Origin: the human T2T-CHM13v2.0 reference genome, Homo sapiens
Direction: 5' to 3' (one strand)
DNA: 64,000 nucleotides
Assembly (NCBI RefSeq): GCF_009914755.1
Contig: NC_060936.1
Shown: positions 28,106 through 57,853 of the stretch, one piece after another
Layout: every line of letters starts with the position of its first letter
How positions within the stretch are numbered: the stretch's first letter is position 1
Translations under genes and position numbers: made by a program
Notes under the pieces: model-generated
Told to the model about the DNA's origin: nothing
Seen by the model: only the letters and a program-made list of their open reading frames with translations
Database searches by the model: none

Positions 28106-30403
28106 ACAGATACTTTTTAAGGTTAACCCTTCAGTTTTAAAACAATCTGTCTTAAAATTATTTCTTCAAATACAAGTTTTTTTTTTTTTTTCCCCATGAA
28201 CATGTATTTTGTAAATGAACTTTGAGGGTACAAGTGTAAATTTAAAAATACCTCCTCCTTTGGTCTGGGTTATTATGCAGTAAGAACAGTCTTAGGGGGA
28301 GATGTTGGATTTGTACTTGGCCTGGGTTTTACTTCCCTTTTCAATCAAGAAAGGCATCAAACATTCTTTGAAGGTATGGTTTTCTTTGCAATAAGTTGCT
28401 GAAGCCCTTTTTCACTTTTACAAAGAAGTTCAGCCTTCATAAAAATAATATGGCTTTTTCATTTGTGGGTGGTGTGTTTTATAAAATCAGACAGGATTTC
28501 AGAGATATGTTTCCCCCTCTTCCTGCCTAAACTTTGGCTGCCATCTTCCTTTTTTGTCTCACTCCCCATTTTATTGGGATCAAGATTGCTGGGTATAGAC
28601 AGTAATAATGAACAGTGTAGTTAATTCTGTTCTTCCTTGGACTGTATATTTTTCTAGAGATTCTATGGCTAGAAACTCTGTGGTATTCTTTCTTCACAAA
28701 ATACTGTTACAAAAGCCATTAAAATATTTTTTACATTTCTTACAGCATTTTTAAAGTGTTAATTCTGCATGTATTTATCTCCTGCAGAAGTGGTGTAATT
28801 CTTACTAAAAATGGATTTATCGTGGTATTTTACAATTTTAAAAACACAGCTTATTTTTAAGCTTAATATGCCTGGAAGGGAAATACTCTGTGACTGGAAT
28901 AACATGTCAAGGAAAAATGTGTTTGGGGACCCATGGTCTTCAAACTTCTTTGCAGACTTCTGATTTATTTGAAATACATACTTTCTCTATTTGGTTGCAG
29001 CACCAGTAGACCCACAGTGTATATTTAATATTTCTAAACTTACAGAGAAAATATTCAATTTTTAAAAAAAACTTTTAAAAAGTTAACATGTAAAATTATA
29101 AACGTAAAATGAATATGTCTTCACTGGCACATGGCATATATAGCTGATTTTTCCCCCAAATTGCTCATAAAGTTAACGATTCTTTAAAAATGTAGCATTA
29201 GTAAGTATTGTACTCAAGATTTGAGACAGATAAAGACAATGAAGTTTATTCCCTGAATTTCCCTAAGGTCCATGAGGGTAGGGACCTTACTTGATTTAGC
29301 TCACCACTGTATTCCCAGCACCTAGCTCAGTTGTTGGACAGTAACTGTCTATAGAATAAGTAAACTTCATAAACTCTGACTCTGATGTCCCCAGATCCTC
29401 AAGTACGTCATTCCATCAATTACGCCATCATTCTCCACCCTCTCCCTATTGGCTATTGCCCCTCAGCAAAAGTCTACCAATTAAAATCCCTCCATTCACC
29501 CAGAACATAGCCACCTGCCTTCTGTCCTCTTTCCTTCATAAACTACAAGGCCTTCCTAGAGAAAAAAGCTGGGAGACAGTTCTTTTGGCTTCACAGAAGT
29601 TCTGGTTCTGACTTTTGCCAAAAGCTCTTATTTCTAAGAATGTAAAAATATGTTTTCCAGCAACTCATTAATACCTTCCTGGATCTAGGATCTGTATATG
29701 AAGAAATTATGTGTAGTTCTGCTTGTTGACAGCTTTGAGCCCCAGTAGTCCTTAAATAAGGCGAGTCTTCCAAACTGGCTGAGGAACATTTTCAGACGTT
29801 AGATCCACTGTAGTTTGAGTTAGGGATAAAACCGTTCAGTTCTATATGGGTAGCGATTGTCCCATCTTCTGGGCCTGAAGAATTACTTGAATGCAATAAA
29901 AATGATTTAAAAAATACTTATAAATAACCCTTCCCAGCTATATATAAGGAGATATTTTAATCAAGAGCACAAACAAGAATATACAAAATGAGAACTGAAA
30001 CAGAATCTTGGATAGCATCCAGGGCTTCATGCTGATTCCATGACATGGCAGAGTATTATTGTGGTGATCCTTAATTTAAAGGGGCAACTGCTGTCCCTAA
30101 AGTGACACTTTGATAAGGAAATAGTAACAAGTCTATCCATATACATGATTAAAGATTTCTATCATTTACATTTCATAGCTGTGAGCTGACCATTTTCATG
30201 AAAATATTATGTAAATTATGATCATAACAAGTGTACCCAGAATCAGAACTGCTAATTAATTCCCCTTTCCTGTGGATGCAGCTGATGTATTGTCACATCT
30301 TACCACTAATTTTCAGAAAATTATACTAGCAATATAAGGAAATGCCTTTATGATAAACTATCAACAGCTTTCTTATATTAACATAAATCAGAAATCTCCA
30401 ACT

Positions 30404-30632
30404 GAAGGCTGAGATGGGAAGATCACTTGAGGCTAGGAGACCAGACTGGGCAACATAGCGAGACCTCATCTCTAAAAAATAAATTAGCTGGTTGTGGTGG
30501 CACGTATCTGAAGTTCCAACTACTTGGGAGGCTGAGGCCAGAGATCACTTGAACCCAGGAGTTTCAGGCTGCAGTGAGCTATGATCACATCACTGCACTG
30601 CAGCCTGGGCAACAGAGTTAGAACCTGTCTCC
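30404..30632 (+). mobile_element. Alu (AluJ-like, 5'-truncated)
   Basis: Diverged Alu sequence. Confidence 0.82.
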
Positions 30633-31855
30633 ATGGAAAAATGATAAAAACATCACTCCCAGAAAGAATATAAGTTTCAAGTAAGACCATTAAAAATATT
30701 TCAGATCAAGTATTGGGAAATAATTCTGTTTATGCTGAATAACTAACAATATTGATACCATATGGTTTGATCCTTGATATCCGTAAGTTATCAAGGATGG
30801 TGTCAAGGATTGATAACATAAGGTTCAATCCTTACATCTGAACAGACTCAATTCACCTGTGGACCCGTATTAATATTACACTAAAAAACCAACCCAAAAC
30901 GGTCTATTTAGTGCTTTGGCAGGATTTGCTTTAATATGAAAGAATAAATCAGTATCTTCCAAGCAAAGCCAAACAAACAAAAGATCTTGAATAAAAATCT
31001 AAAAATCCATCAACTCAACTCTAAGAAAATAAATGCCTTATTGTATTATTGCACTACATTTTAGGTTATCACCAATTTTTGATAGTATGGGATTCATGTA
31101 AAAGGCATTTGAGATACTGTGGAAAGTAACGTATGCCTAAACAATGCACGCACTGTGTGTATGTGTTTATGAAATACACACTTTGGATCACTGGATAAAT
31201 CACGAGTCCTTTTTAAGTTTCAATACTCTCTAATGTAAAATGGGGAAAATACCCAGAAAAGTTATCTATAGGGTTAATTGGTAGATGAGTTAGTCATTAA
31301 ATTAACATTAAACTTAGTACTAAGAGTTAGTCTAAATTGGTAGATGAGTTTACATTAAAGCACTTTGTAAAGAAAATGGTATAAATGCAAATTAATGTTA
31401 AGCACTCTTATTCATTCATATTTTAATATAAAAGCACACCAAACCCACCAATTCAGAAAGGAAAAAAAGCTAACCTCTTCTGATTCTTTTATAGCTTAAA
31501 AATGGTTTAAAATGACTTTTGCCATTCAACTCGTATCAGTTCAAGAAGCTCTGGAATAAGTAACCACTGAAGGTAAGACATCTTTTAAATAATAAAAGCC
31601 AAACCATACTATTCTTAACACCTCTCAGTTTCTCTAAAGCCAGTATGACAATCTTAAAAAAGGGAAATAATTACTCCTTTTTATCCCTTAAAATTTAAAA
31701 TGTAGTTTTTACCATGTTTTCAGTAAGATTCTCATTCTGTACCAGAAAGGCAGTTCCTTAAAAACCCAAGTTTTAAATATTTAACTTTTTCTGTCCATAA
31801 AATAGGTATTATGTTTACATATTATCAGTAACACAGAGTATCTTGGTGTAGAACA

Positions 31856-31865
31856 TTTATTTATT
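31856..31865 (-). terminator. WBP11 poly(A) signal (two overlapping AATAAA)
   Basis: Minus strand AATAAATAAA about 570 nt after the stop, with TGTGTT downstream. An ATTAAA at 29956-29961(-) is a possible distal site. Confidence 0.7.
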
Positions 31866-32429
31866 TTTCCCACAAATCACTGAAAGTTTAGGTCAGTGGG
31901 AAATAATTTTAATCAAATAATTGTACATATTCTTCCCACATATCCTGCCTTGTATTAGGAAATGACATTGTGATCCATTTCATTACAAGTAAAATATTAC
32001 AAAATATTTACAGGAAAATATTAAAAATAACTCAAACACAAAAGGCAAGATGAAATAAACTGTTTTTTTTTCTCCAGAAATCTCTACTCCAGTGCCCACA
32101 GCACACAAGAGTCAAAACAAATAAGCAACTAAGATCCCCCGATCACAAATTTCCAAAGAACTGGAGGAGGGGAAGAAACAGGGTGAAAATGGTGGTATGA
32201 AAGGGAATGGATGTTAGCAGCACTGCTTCAATAACTGATCTATTCTGGATGAAATACCCTTTTTTATGTGCAGTAAATTCTGAACAAGGCTAAATTTTAG
32301 GATATTCCTTGAACTGAAATTAGAAAATACCCTGACAATGGAAGCAGCTCTTTCATCTAAGTTTAATAAGAGCCTCTTTCTCCATGGGCCACTGTTGTGA
32401 ACAGAAGCCTTTTCTGGCATCAAAAGCTG

Positions 32430-46748
<14,319 letters not shown>

Positions 46749-47856
46749 GTTGACAATTTGTATGGTTTACTTGTTCATTAAAAAAAGAAAAACCTGTGAA
46801 GGTGAAGACAAAGAAATAGCTTATATCTCCTAAATGTATTTCTTCCTTTTTCTAGTCCCTACCAATCTCTGAAAAAAAATTCCTTTAATTAGAAATTCTG
46901 TGAGACTGTTCTTTCCTTAGTTTTGACTTTAATGTCCAAGAAAGATGGCATCACCTTTCTTGACCATGAAAATTTAGATCTCTATCATTCTTCAGAAATG
47001 TGATGAGTGTGAAGACCACTTTGAATATCCTCAAGTCATCAGTTTAGCTTTTTTCTTATGGATCACAGCACTGACTTTGTCAACTGATAAAAACAACTAG
47101 AAAATGCTTTAACGATATGGCACAAACCATGAACATCAGAATTCATTAGTCCTTCTTCTATAACCTCCCTTTATTAACATGTAATTGTAAAAGAAGAATA
47201 AGAAGGGAATGGGGGTAATGGATCTAGGCTCAAAACACATACCTCACCTTTGCCTCTCTCCATGGTTTTTCTTGGCATGTATGCTGTACATTCTCAATAC
47301 TTCTAAGACACTAAAAACTCATTAATTTAAGCATATTTAATTCAGATTCAGTTCTAGTTCAGATATAATGCTTGACTCTCAAGAGTTCAAAACACAACTA
47401 AAAATGCAAATATTTGAAATTAGTGCTATACTGAGAGCTCCCCAAAACTTAAATATTAAGACACATATTTTTCTTACTAAGACCTGACTCCCAATATATA
47501 TTTCTTAAGGTAATTAAAGGGAATACTTATTTTTGTTTGAGGAAAAAATATTTTGTAAGCTAAAACTTTTATTAACACAGTACCCTATTACATGACTTCT
47601 TCCTCTTATTCCAAAATAATGGGGCTTAATTTTTTGAAGCGCAGTCTTTCCAGTAATAAAGGCGGACAAATTTGCTTCCTTTTGCAAGTAGACACTTTTT
47701 AAAGGTAAGAAAGGGAAGATTTTGTCAGCCCAGTTTATTACAGTTAATGTCTCTTTCACCAAGTGTCCAACTGCCCCGAAAGCCAGATGTTTCAGAAAGC
47801 CAGATGTTTCACAGCTGTTCTGGTGGCAATTACTTCAAGACAGCGGTATCAAAGGC

Positions 47857-48020
47857 TCTGATTTTTAGCTTCCTCATCTAAAAAATGGGGACATCAATTA
47901 CTTTATAACAAAGCTCTGATGATACAATGAGATTACAAATAAAATATCCTGTGATGTTTGACTCACTACTTAACTAAAATCTTTATAATGGATCCATATT
48001 CCTGGCCTAGCTACCATACA
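47857..48020 (+). repeat. 164-bp direct repeat, copy B
   Basis: Ungapped alignment to 42730-42893. Confidence 0.92.
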
Positions 48021-48716
48021 CCCTGTCAAGTGGTTTCCTTCTAAGAAAAACTGGGGATGGGGGGGTTAGGGGGGTGGGAGAGCAGCAGGGAGTAGGAGGT
48101 AGGGAAGGAGGAAAACAAGCAAAATCAGTACAAATACAAGCTCTCCCATCTTTGATTGCCTGCGTTTTTTGTGCTTTCCTTTCTCAAGTTTCCTCAGGCT
48201 CATGTTCTGAATCTCCTCCCCCACAAATGAAACACAACGGATACGAATTACAGAGAATTTTACGGAAGACACTGGAGCTTAAGTCTGCAGATTAGTTTTT
48301 TGTCTACAAGCGGAGGCGACTGGAAAATCAAGCCAAATAAGCGTTGGATAACTCTAAACAGCCAAAGAAGCTTCAATGGGATAGGGTCCAGGTTCACCAA
48401 AGGAGGCAACACCAGCAACTGACGAAACCATAGCGACGGCTGACCGACCATGACTCGAGGTACAAGACGTCAAACCTAAGGCTACTAATCAACGTGCGTA
48501 AGAAGCGGCCCCAACCGACCCGGGCGATGCCAACCGCGCAACCACTGGTCGCCGCGCCACCCCAGGCCCAGGAATAGCCCAGTCCGCAACAGGGAGACCT
48601 CAACCAGGGAGAGGAGGAGCGGGGCAAAGGGGCTGGGTGTCCCCCAAGCCGCTGCGCGGGACGTGGAAGGGACGAAAGAGGTGAGGAAGAGTAGTAAATC
48701 AATTCAATACACTCAC

Positions 48717-48845
48717 ACTTCTGCTGTGCTCCCAGGACTACGAGAAGCGGGTAGGGGGCGACTCCCGGCCTCTTTCACTTCGTAAAGGCCTTCAACTGGG
48801 TCTCTCGGTCAACCCCTCAGCTACCGCCATCTTGAAACCTCGCGC
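48717..48845 (-). other. WBP11: WBP11 non-coding exon 1 (5' end approximate)
   Basis: Donor AGT|GTGAGT at 48716, inside a CpG island, with a YY1/TISU-like CAAGATGGCGG near the start. Confidence 0.8.
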
Positions 48846-49029
48846 CCCTCCGCACTCCTCACGTCATTTCCCATTCCTCTGTCCCGCCTTCTCTTAGCGC
48901 CGCTTGGCCCTGGAACCATAGAGAATACCCAAGAATTCCAGGACCAGAGTCTCTTCCGGTTCCATACAATACTCAATTGGTTGGTTGTCGGCTAAGAGCC
49001 CGCCTCATTGCGCTCATCTAGTACAATAG

Positions 49030-49116
49030 GAATTAGAAGAAGATAGCTGCTAACTGAGTGGCTGACGGTCCTGTCTCTCGAGTTGGAGGCATCTTGACTT
49101 AGTTGCTGGGAGCCTG
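49030..49116 (+). other. C12orf60: Probable non-coding first exon of C12orf60 (coding exon lies beyond the window)
   Basis: Donor CTG|GTACGT at 49117, divergent from WBP11. Gene identity comes from my knowledge of the locus, not from coding sequence in the window. Start approximate. Confidence 0.5.
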
Positions 49117-51367
49117 GTACGTTGAGCCGTCCGAGAACGGTACATTCTGCAGATAAAGAAGCGTTCTGCGTTTTCTGTCTTTTGGAATTACCTTAGTTTT
49201 TGCATTTTTCTGTTTCTTATGACCCAAGCAGGTGCGATCCTTTAGGGGTGTCTCCGTGTGTAAACGAATACCCAGATAACATTTGCCACTGAGTTTAATC
49301 CGCTTTGTAAGCATCAGGTTATCCCATGTGAGCGCCTAGTACGTGTGGAAATTTAATAGACACGCAGAACAGAACGTTTGTAGACCACCTGAACAAATAA
49401 ATTAGCACCCGTATTAGAGTCGCAGATTGCTTATATGGGCGGTGATTTATTATTTGTTAGTAGTGTTTTGAAGAAGAAATACAGGGATACATATGCAGTC
49501 GGTTTTAAGTTATATGAGTGGCAAGGTTGATATATATTGGCTATATTCCCGACTGGTCTTTTCACCAGCCAAAAGTCCTCTATGATGTCACTCTACGTAC
49601 GGGATTCTTCACTTAACTCTAGCCTTCGCCCTTTCCCTACCTTCTATCCCCTCTTTCCGTGAGTCAGCCCCCACTTATTTCCCTTAAAGGTAAGTTTAAA
49701 CATTTAAAAAACTATCTTAGAGGATACGCTTGGTTATTTCTAATCTTAACCTGACTATCCCATGTAGGAAGGCTATTCTTACCACCAGTTATAAATATTT
49801 CAAAATATTGATGGAGATACATACTAATTTTTAGCAGAATCTTTAAACTGCCCTTGAAGGTATAAGATCGGTCCTATACCTAAACTTACCTTTGTGTTAG
49901 GAAATTCTTGATTTGATTTTAGACTGAATTTGAGTGTCAGAAAGCAATGACGAGATATTGTAGGTTAAAGCTGATAAACCAGGTAGTACATAAAAAAGAA
50001 AATAATCTTGAACTGCGAAGGTGAGCTAAGTTGTAATGTTTTGCAACTAGTTTTTTTTCTTTCCTAACACATTAGTGATCATAGTTTTGCAACTCGTTTT
50101 GAAAAACAATGCAAGAAGAGAAAGAGAAAACAGTGTATGTTGGAAATATTAAAGTCTTTCATGTAGCTAAAATTTTATATGTAGCTACTATTTTTAAGAT
50201 ATGCTGAGCAGTTTTTATTTCAATACATTTCTTGTACTTGGATGGGAGAATCAACTATAACAAACACAGTCTGGCATCAACAGCATATTAATAATTTTGT
50301 CAGTATAGACTAAAAGAGTCCTCATGGGAATTATTGGTTGGCAAAGGATTTAGAAAACAAACACATCTGCAGAGATTCAGCGGAACCATTAATAGGCTTC
50401 CATAGCCTTTGGCGTTTTCTAAAATCAGGTAATTAGTGAAATGGCCCACCTAATGCGTCATGTAGCAAAGGCAGCTGCCTCCTTTTTGCTAGTGTTGAAA
50501 ATGAAATTATATTCTTTTTTCTGAAAGCTTATAATAAATTATGACTTTCTTTTAAATGACAAATGCTTTGAGTAGTGACCTTCTATTCTGCATCCTAAAT
50601 GCAATATGTGTAGCTGTGTTTTGCTTTCTTGTCTTCTAAATGTTTCAGTGTTTGAACATTCACTTGAGCGATATTTAATTATCACAGTTGGTCAGGGTTG
50701 ATTGCAGTGACTGAAACAGGACCTTGATGTTTTTAGTTTTGATTTTTACCATTTTCAAATCCATCCGGTTTACATTGTGTAATCAGTAGACGTTTACAGA
50801 TCAGCTTCCTGTCCTAATTGAAGCACATTGTTACAAACCATTTTTCAGTCTCTTCTAGTTTACAGAAAACCAGATTTACTCTGATGGTCAAAAATATGGT
50901 AGTATTTCTGTCTCATTCGAAGGCCTAGAGTTTGTGTCTAGGCAGAAGTTACTGAGTATGTCCCCTTATAACTAAATGATGTTTGAAGCTGGTGGTAGAA
51001 ATGAAAGTCTCTGCATTCAATGTGAAATTTAAGAATTTTACTGAAATTAGAAAAGAGAAAAGTAACCCCTATACTTGCTACTCTACGATAGCATTTACCC
51101 CAATGTTGATCTGGTAGAGCAGGGTGTGAAAACATCCAGGGAGAAAATTTTTTTACCTCACAGGGTCTAGCATCAGCTGATCCAGGCATTGTTGACTCAA
51201 AACTCATCTAGTCATCTAGTCTTGGCATCTCCAGTTTCCCTCTCCAAATTGTTTATCTTATTTAAGTCCATATTGGAAGCCTATAGAAAATGAACCTAAT
51301 CAAAGAAGCAAACACTGTTACTGAAAAGGAAGCAGAAAAACACTTCAGTGGCAAATAAAACGGCTGT

Positions 51368-52084
<717 letters not shown>

Positions 52085-52155
52085 TTACTGAAAGTCTTAA
52101 AAAATGTCTGCTAACTGTGTAGAAGGGACTAGGAAATCTTTTTCTTCATGCATAG

Positions 52156-52509
<354 letters not shown>

Positions 52510-53248
52510 TAAAACAGTTATTTTTATGAAATTTGGAGTCAGTGTATGGAAAGTGTAGGCAACAGAATACAACCCTTTGATGGATAAATTAAGTTATTAG
52601 ATTTTGTGGTGGTGAGAAATATTCATCGTTTGTCAAGCATCTGTTTATTAATAAGCGTGATTATTTCTAGGTAATATTTAATAACTTTTATTTGAAACAG
52701 ACCCCAATTTGAAATGCTTAGCTCTTGATTACTAGTGCTCCTTAGTTTCCCGAACCCCTAGTCACCACATTGACCACACCTACCAGACTGATTTCTCTAG
52801 CATTTGGAGTTAAACTCTAGTCAGGGCCAGATAAATATTAACATCTCTAAATTTACAGGGCTGTTTTTTGTATTTCAATACTTGGTTATTTTAACTTAAA
52901 ATATTCAAGTCACTTTATATATCTCTACAGGCAAGTTATTTGTTTTCTAAACCTAAAGGATATCCAAAGGCAACATGTATATCATGCTAGAATCTTTAAC
53001 AAATTTTTTCTTGTGATAAGAGTATATATTCAAGACTCTTTGGATTAAAATTTCATGTGGGGAGAAGGTAGGCACTATACAGGGCACAGTGTTAATCAGA
53101 TAATCATGTGATTATTCTCCATTTGCAAAGCTTATAAATTAAATTATTTAGAATAGTCTAAATAGTATCGCACTTGGGCATTATTTAGATAAACTAGAGT
53201 GAACGTCAGAAAAAAAATGCCATTTTACAAAAGTATTAAAGAATAAGG

Positions 53249-53542
53249 GGCCGGGCATGGTGGCTCAGGCCTGTAATCCCAGCACTTTGGGAGGCCCAGG
53301 CAGGTGAATAACTTGAGGCCAGGAGTTCAAGACCAGCCTGGCCAACACAGCGAAACCCCATCTCTACTAAAAATACAAAAATTAGTTGGGTGTGGTGGTG
53401 CATGCCTGTAATCCCAGCTACTCTGGAGACTGAGGCAGGAGAATCACTTGAACACGGAGGTGGAGGTTGCAGTGAGCCAAGATGGTGCCACTGCACTCCA
53501 GCCTGGGCAACAGAGCGAGACTTTGTCTCAAAAAAAAAAAAA
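53249..53542 (+). mobile_element. Alu (AluS)
   Basis: Alu dimer with A-tail. Confidence 0.92.
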
Positions 53543-56500
53543 GTACTGAGAGTACATCATAGAATGAATAAAATAAACTTGACAAGAGACTTCAGTGTTT
53601 GTCCTTTTGGCCTACAGTACCTAACAGTCATGCTCTTCTGTGTTTATTTGGGTGAAAAATCTAAATTTGAGCCAGTAAGAGCACGATGCTACTCAATATG
53701 CATACTTTGAGTAGCCTTCCTATGTGGCTGGTACTTTTTTTTTTTAAATTACACTCTTGAGAGAAAAGAGAGAAAAAATGGAGTTCTTTATCCATATCCA
53801 TGTGGAATCTGGCACAGCCTCTTTTTGAGTAAATAATATCGTAATTAATTTGGACCGTATGTCTTCTAGCACTACGGTTCTTATTCTGCTTAAGGGGAAC
53901 CTCAGAAGTATGGAATGTAGGAATGAAGATTTTTTTCTTTCAAGAAAGTAAACCTGAAAATAACCTATCCTCCAAATCGTATGGATATAAGTTGGCAACG
54001 GAAAAGAGAAAATTTTTCTGAAATGGTTTAGGAACATAAATAACCATGTATGTTGTTAGATTTAGAAAAATGCACTGGAACCTCCTGGTAAAATAAACTA
54101 CCATGGTCAGAAATTAATTTTTATCCTTGATTCAAATCCAGCACACATACACATATATACAGGCATGCACACATGTAACAGACACACATTTCCACAAAAC
54201 AATACTTAGAAAATTTCCTAATCCAATTCCCTTTAAAGAAATTGCTTGTTGATGATCCAGTAAATATTCTCTAAACTTACAATGGGTTGGAAACTGTAAT
54301 TTGCTAAGCACAGATTTGGACTTTGAATTTTCTTTTTTCTTCTAGTAATTTTCCATTAAACGTTTGTCTTTTTTGACTCCCGGTTTTCAGATCTTATTAT
54401 GAAGTGAAAACTCTAGTTTCTGACTGACAGGAGAAAATTAGCTATATTCCTTTTCAGACAGTTAGGTGAGAGGAGTTTTCTTATCCTGAAAAAGTTCAAA
54501 ATATCTCTAGCAGCTATCATATGCCATTATATGAAGGCATAGTTTCCAGAAAAGGTGGGTGGTTCTGTCTACCTCAAGATAAACAAATGGAGAAATGAAC
54601 CTTCCTCCTGGATGGGAGGCAGAATGCTTCCAAGTGGTCGGCTCCTTTTCAATTAACTCATTGTTTTAGCACAACTTCACGAATTAATCGTAAAATGTAT
54701 CTGAAAGACTGAACAGGTGAGCCTTATTTTTTTTCAGAAAATAAAATAGAACTCTTCTCCCCCCAGTATTAAAACACCATAAAAACAAAATAGTAAACAG
54801 TATGGTACAGGTACAAGAGTCAGTGAATTAATGGAACAAATTAGTCCCCAAAGCAGACCCTTCTATCTGTTTAATAATAATAAATTGTAGAATCTCAAAT
54901 CAATAATAATCGAAATTATTACTCCATAAATGGTCTTGAGTCATGGGCTAGACTTTGGAGTTAAAAATTAATAACAAAATTGTTAGTGTAATATATGTAG
55001 AAAATTAAATAATAGCTAGAAGAAAATGGATAATTTTCAAATATCGGTATGGAGTGGGACTTTATAAGCCTAAAACCAATAAAAAAAAAGCACATGCAAA
55101 AATTTGACTAACAAAGATGGCCAATGTAAAAAGAACTGAAAACAAGCTGGAGAGAATGCAAAAAAAGTATTGTTATTATTTTCAAAAAGCAGTGACAATC
55201 TAATATATAAATGAGCAAACCACCCTGAACAGAGTACAAAAAATAGTATCTAATAAAATGGTGGGAAAAGTTCAGTCTTACTAGAAATCAAAGTGTAAGA
55301 CATTGTACGTTTTCAACTACTAAAGTAATGTTTTTCCTCCTTTTAAGTAGTCTTGCTCTTGCACTTGCGCTTAGACTCTTTTTCGTGGGATCTAGACATC
55401 AGTTCATGACTTCGTTCCAATAACGAGTTTGGCTAAAGAAATGTTATGATGTGCTAAGAATTATGTTTCCCTTATAATGAAAAAGGACTTTTATTCTGAG
55501 TCAGACTTACCTTCCTAGCTTTTTTCCTTGGGTGGGGAGTGGGGAGGGTTTTCTTGTGCTAACATATCTTCAGCAGGCCTGCCACCATACCTGCTTAGGT
55601 ATGTCTGAGCTCCAGTTCTGAATACAGCTCAAGGTTATTTCTACACCCCAAATGAGATAAGAAGCACTGGGGAATTAGGAAGAGGAGAGGTGGGGATTGA
55701 AAGTGAAACCATTGAATTGTGTTTTGGACAGGTGAAGTTTGAAGAGCTTAGCGAAGAAGGCAATTATTGATTCATTAACAATTCATCTAATAGGTTAGTA
55801 CTTACCACGTGTAAGGTCATATGCCAGCACCACTCTGCAAAGCATACAAAGATGAAAAAGACATGGTCCTTGCTTTTTTGGAATTTCTAATCTAGTTAGG
55901 AAGTTAAGACAGATTTATAACTGTAATATCAAGTTGAAAGTAATATGTCGTACAAAATTAAAGGTACACTTGGTATTTGACTTGTGCAAATTTGTTTTAA
56001 ACAACCCACACTTTAATATATAATATATTGGCACTGTGGCCATGTGGAGACATTTAGTCATCTAGTAAGGTTAACAATTTGTAACCTTTCAAGTATTCTT
56101 AGATATGTGCTTGACAGTTGAGGAGAGGCTGGGCACCACATGGAGAACCATAGTTGGCAGTGTGCAGTATTTTCGCTATTGCCCTTAACAATTTAGTTCT
56201 GACTCCCAAAGTGATTACTCCACTCAGCAAAACAAAAGCCCTGCAATTATTTGGAGTCACCCTTCTTAAAGATCGTAGTTGTTACTCAGGCAAGCTTCAA
56301 GTGATATTTTACAAACAACCCATAATATTGTGCCCGAGAGGAGTTCTGAGCCATATACTTTCTCCATCTTATTCCATTTTCATTGATGACCTGTCACTTT
56401 CAAAGATTGTAGCACCAACAGCAAGTGGTATATTTAATCCAGCTCTAATTAACTACACCTATTGTATGGTAAGTTTGAACTTTTACATAATTTGAATTGT

Positions 56501-57527
56501 CACATGATGGTGCTTCCTGTTGGTGAAAAGTTCCACTTGGGGAATTACCATCCACTTTTGTACAGAGTTTGTGCTATTATTTGAATATTTTCTTGTAGTT
56601 ATCCATGAAATGGGTTCTGTAGTGCCCTGGAGCAGCCCATTGGGAATTGCTAGACAGCAGGTGGAGCTCTTGGTCTCTGGGTCTCCCATTTTTCACCTGG
56701 GCCTTTGCTGGACTGGAGCAGCTGTGCTTTCTCTTGCTCTACACATTTGGGCTCTGGGTAGGTAAAATTTTATTTGATGAGAGAGTTCTGTTGCTAAAAC
56801 AAAGTTTGGAAATTTTTGACTTGTTATTTTATTAAAAAATGACAAAAAACATCTGAAAGTGCTGATGTCATTGGTCAGCACACCTTAAGAAATGAAAATG
56901 GAGACAAAGGTTAGCTTGAGATGGATGCTTACTGCACCTAACCTTGTTAATTTTTTTGAATTGAGAAGTCAACATTTAAGATTAAAGGGCATCTAAGATA
57001 TGGTAGAAATATGCTGATAATTGTGTCTAAAAGTTAAGTTTTATTTAATGACATCATACAGTTGTTTTAGTTTTTCAGAAAAGGAACTACCTTACAAAAT
57101 GAAAATGTACTGATCATCATATGTTCAAATACAACTCTTCAGGGTACTTTCGTGAATAACAGTAGTGCGTTGACTGTCAAGTGCTGTTGAACTTAGAAAT
57201 TAATATCAAGGTGATTAGAGAAAGCTTCATGGAGAATGCAATATATGATTTATACTTTGATAGATGGTACATTATGGAGAAATTAAAAGTGAACGGTTTG
57301 GTAAAACGATTTTTAAATATATACTTATTACCAGTAACATATACACTTTTTTAAATAGAGGAGGAAAAACACCCATAAACCTACCATTTCACTTTTGATT
57401 TTTGTTATTCTTTTTCAAAATTTGTTTATATGCATAAGTATCTTCACAAAGTTATCATAATAGTATAAATAAAATTCATCTTTTATTCACTTAACACTTT
57501 CCCCTATTTATAGCTTTAAAAATATTT

Positions 57528-57853
<326 letters not shown>

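Larger units (their letters stand above)
48420..49160. promoter_or_regulatory. Bidirectional CpG-island promoter (WBP11 and a divergent plus-strand gene)
   Basis: YY1 CCGCCATCTT 48824-48833, CRE-like TCACGTCA 48859-48866, ETS CTTCCGG 48953-48959, CCAAT 48976-48980(-), GC boxes. Confidence 0.8.

Noticed and set aside
47778-47811. 17-bp tandem duplication (also a 16-bp repeat at 31276/31335 and a 10-bp hairpin at 30770-30798)
   Set aside because: Ordinary slippage-scale events with no sign of function.
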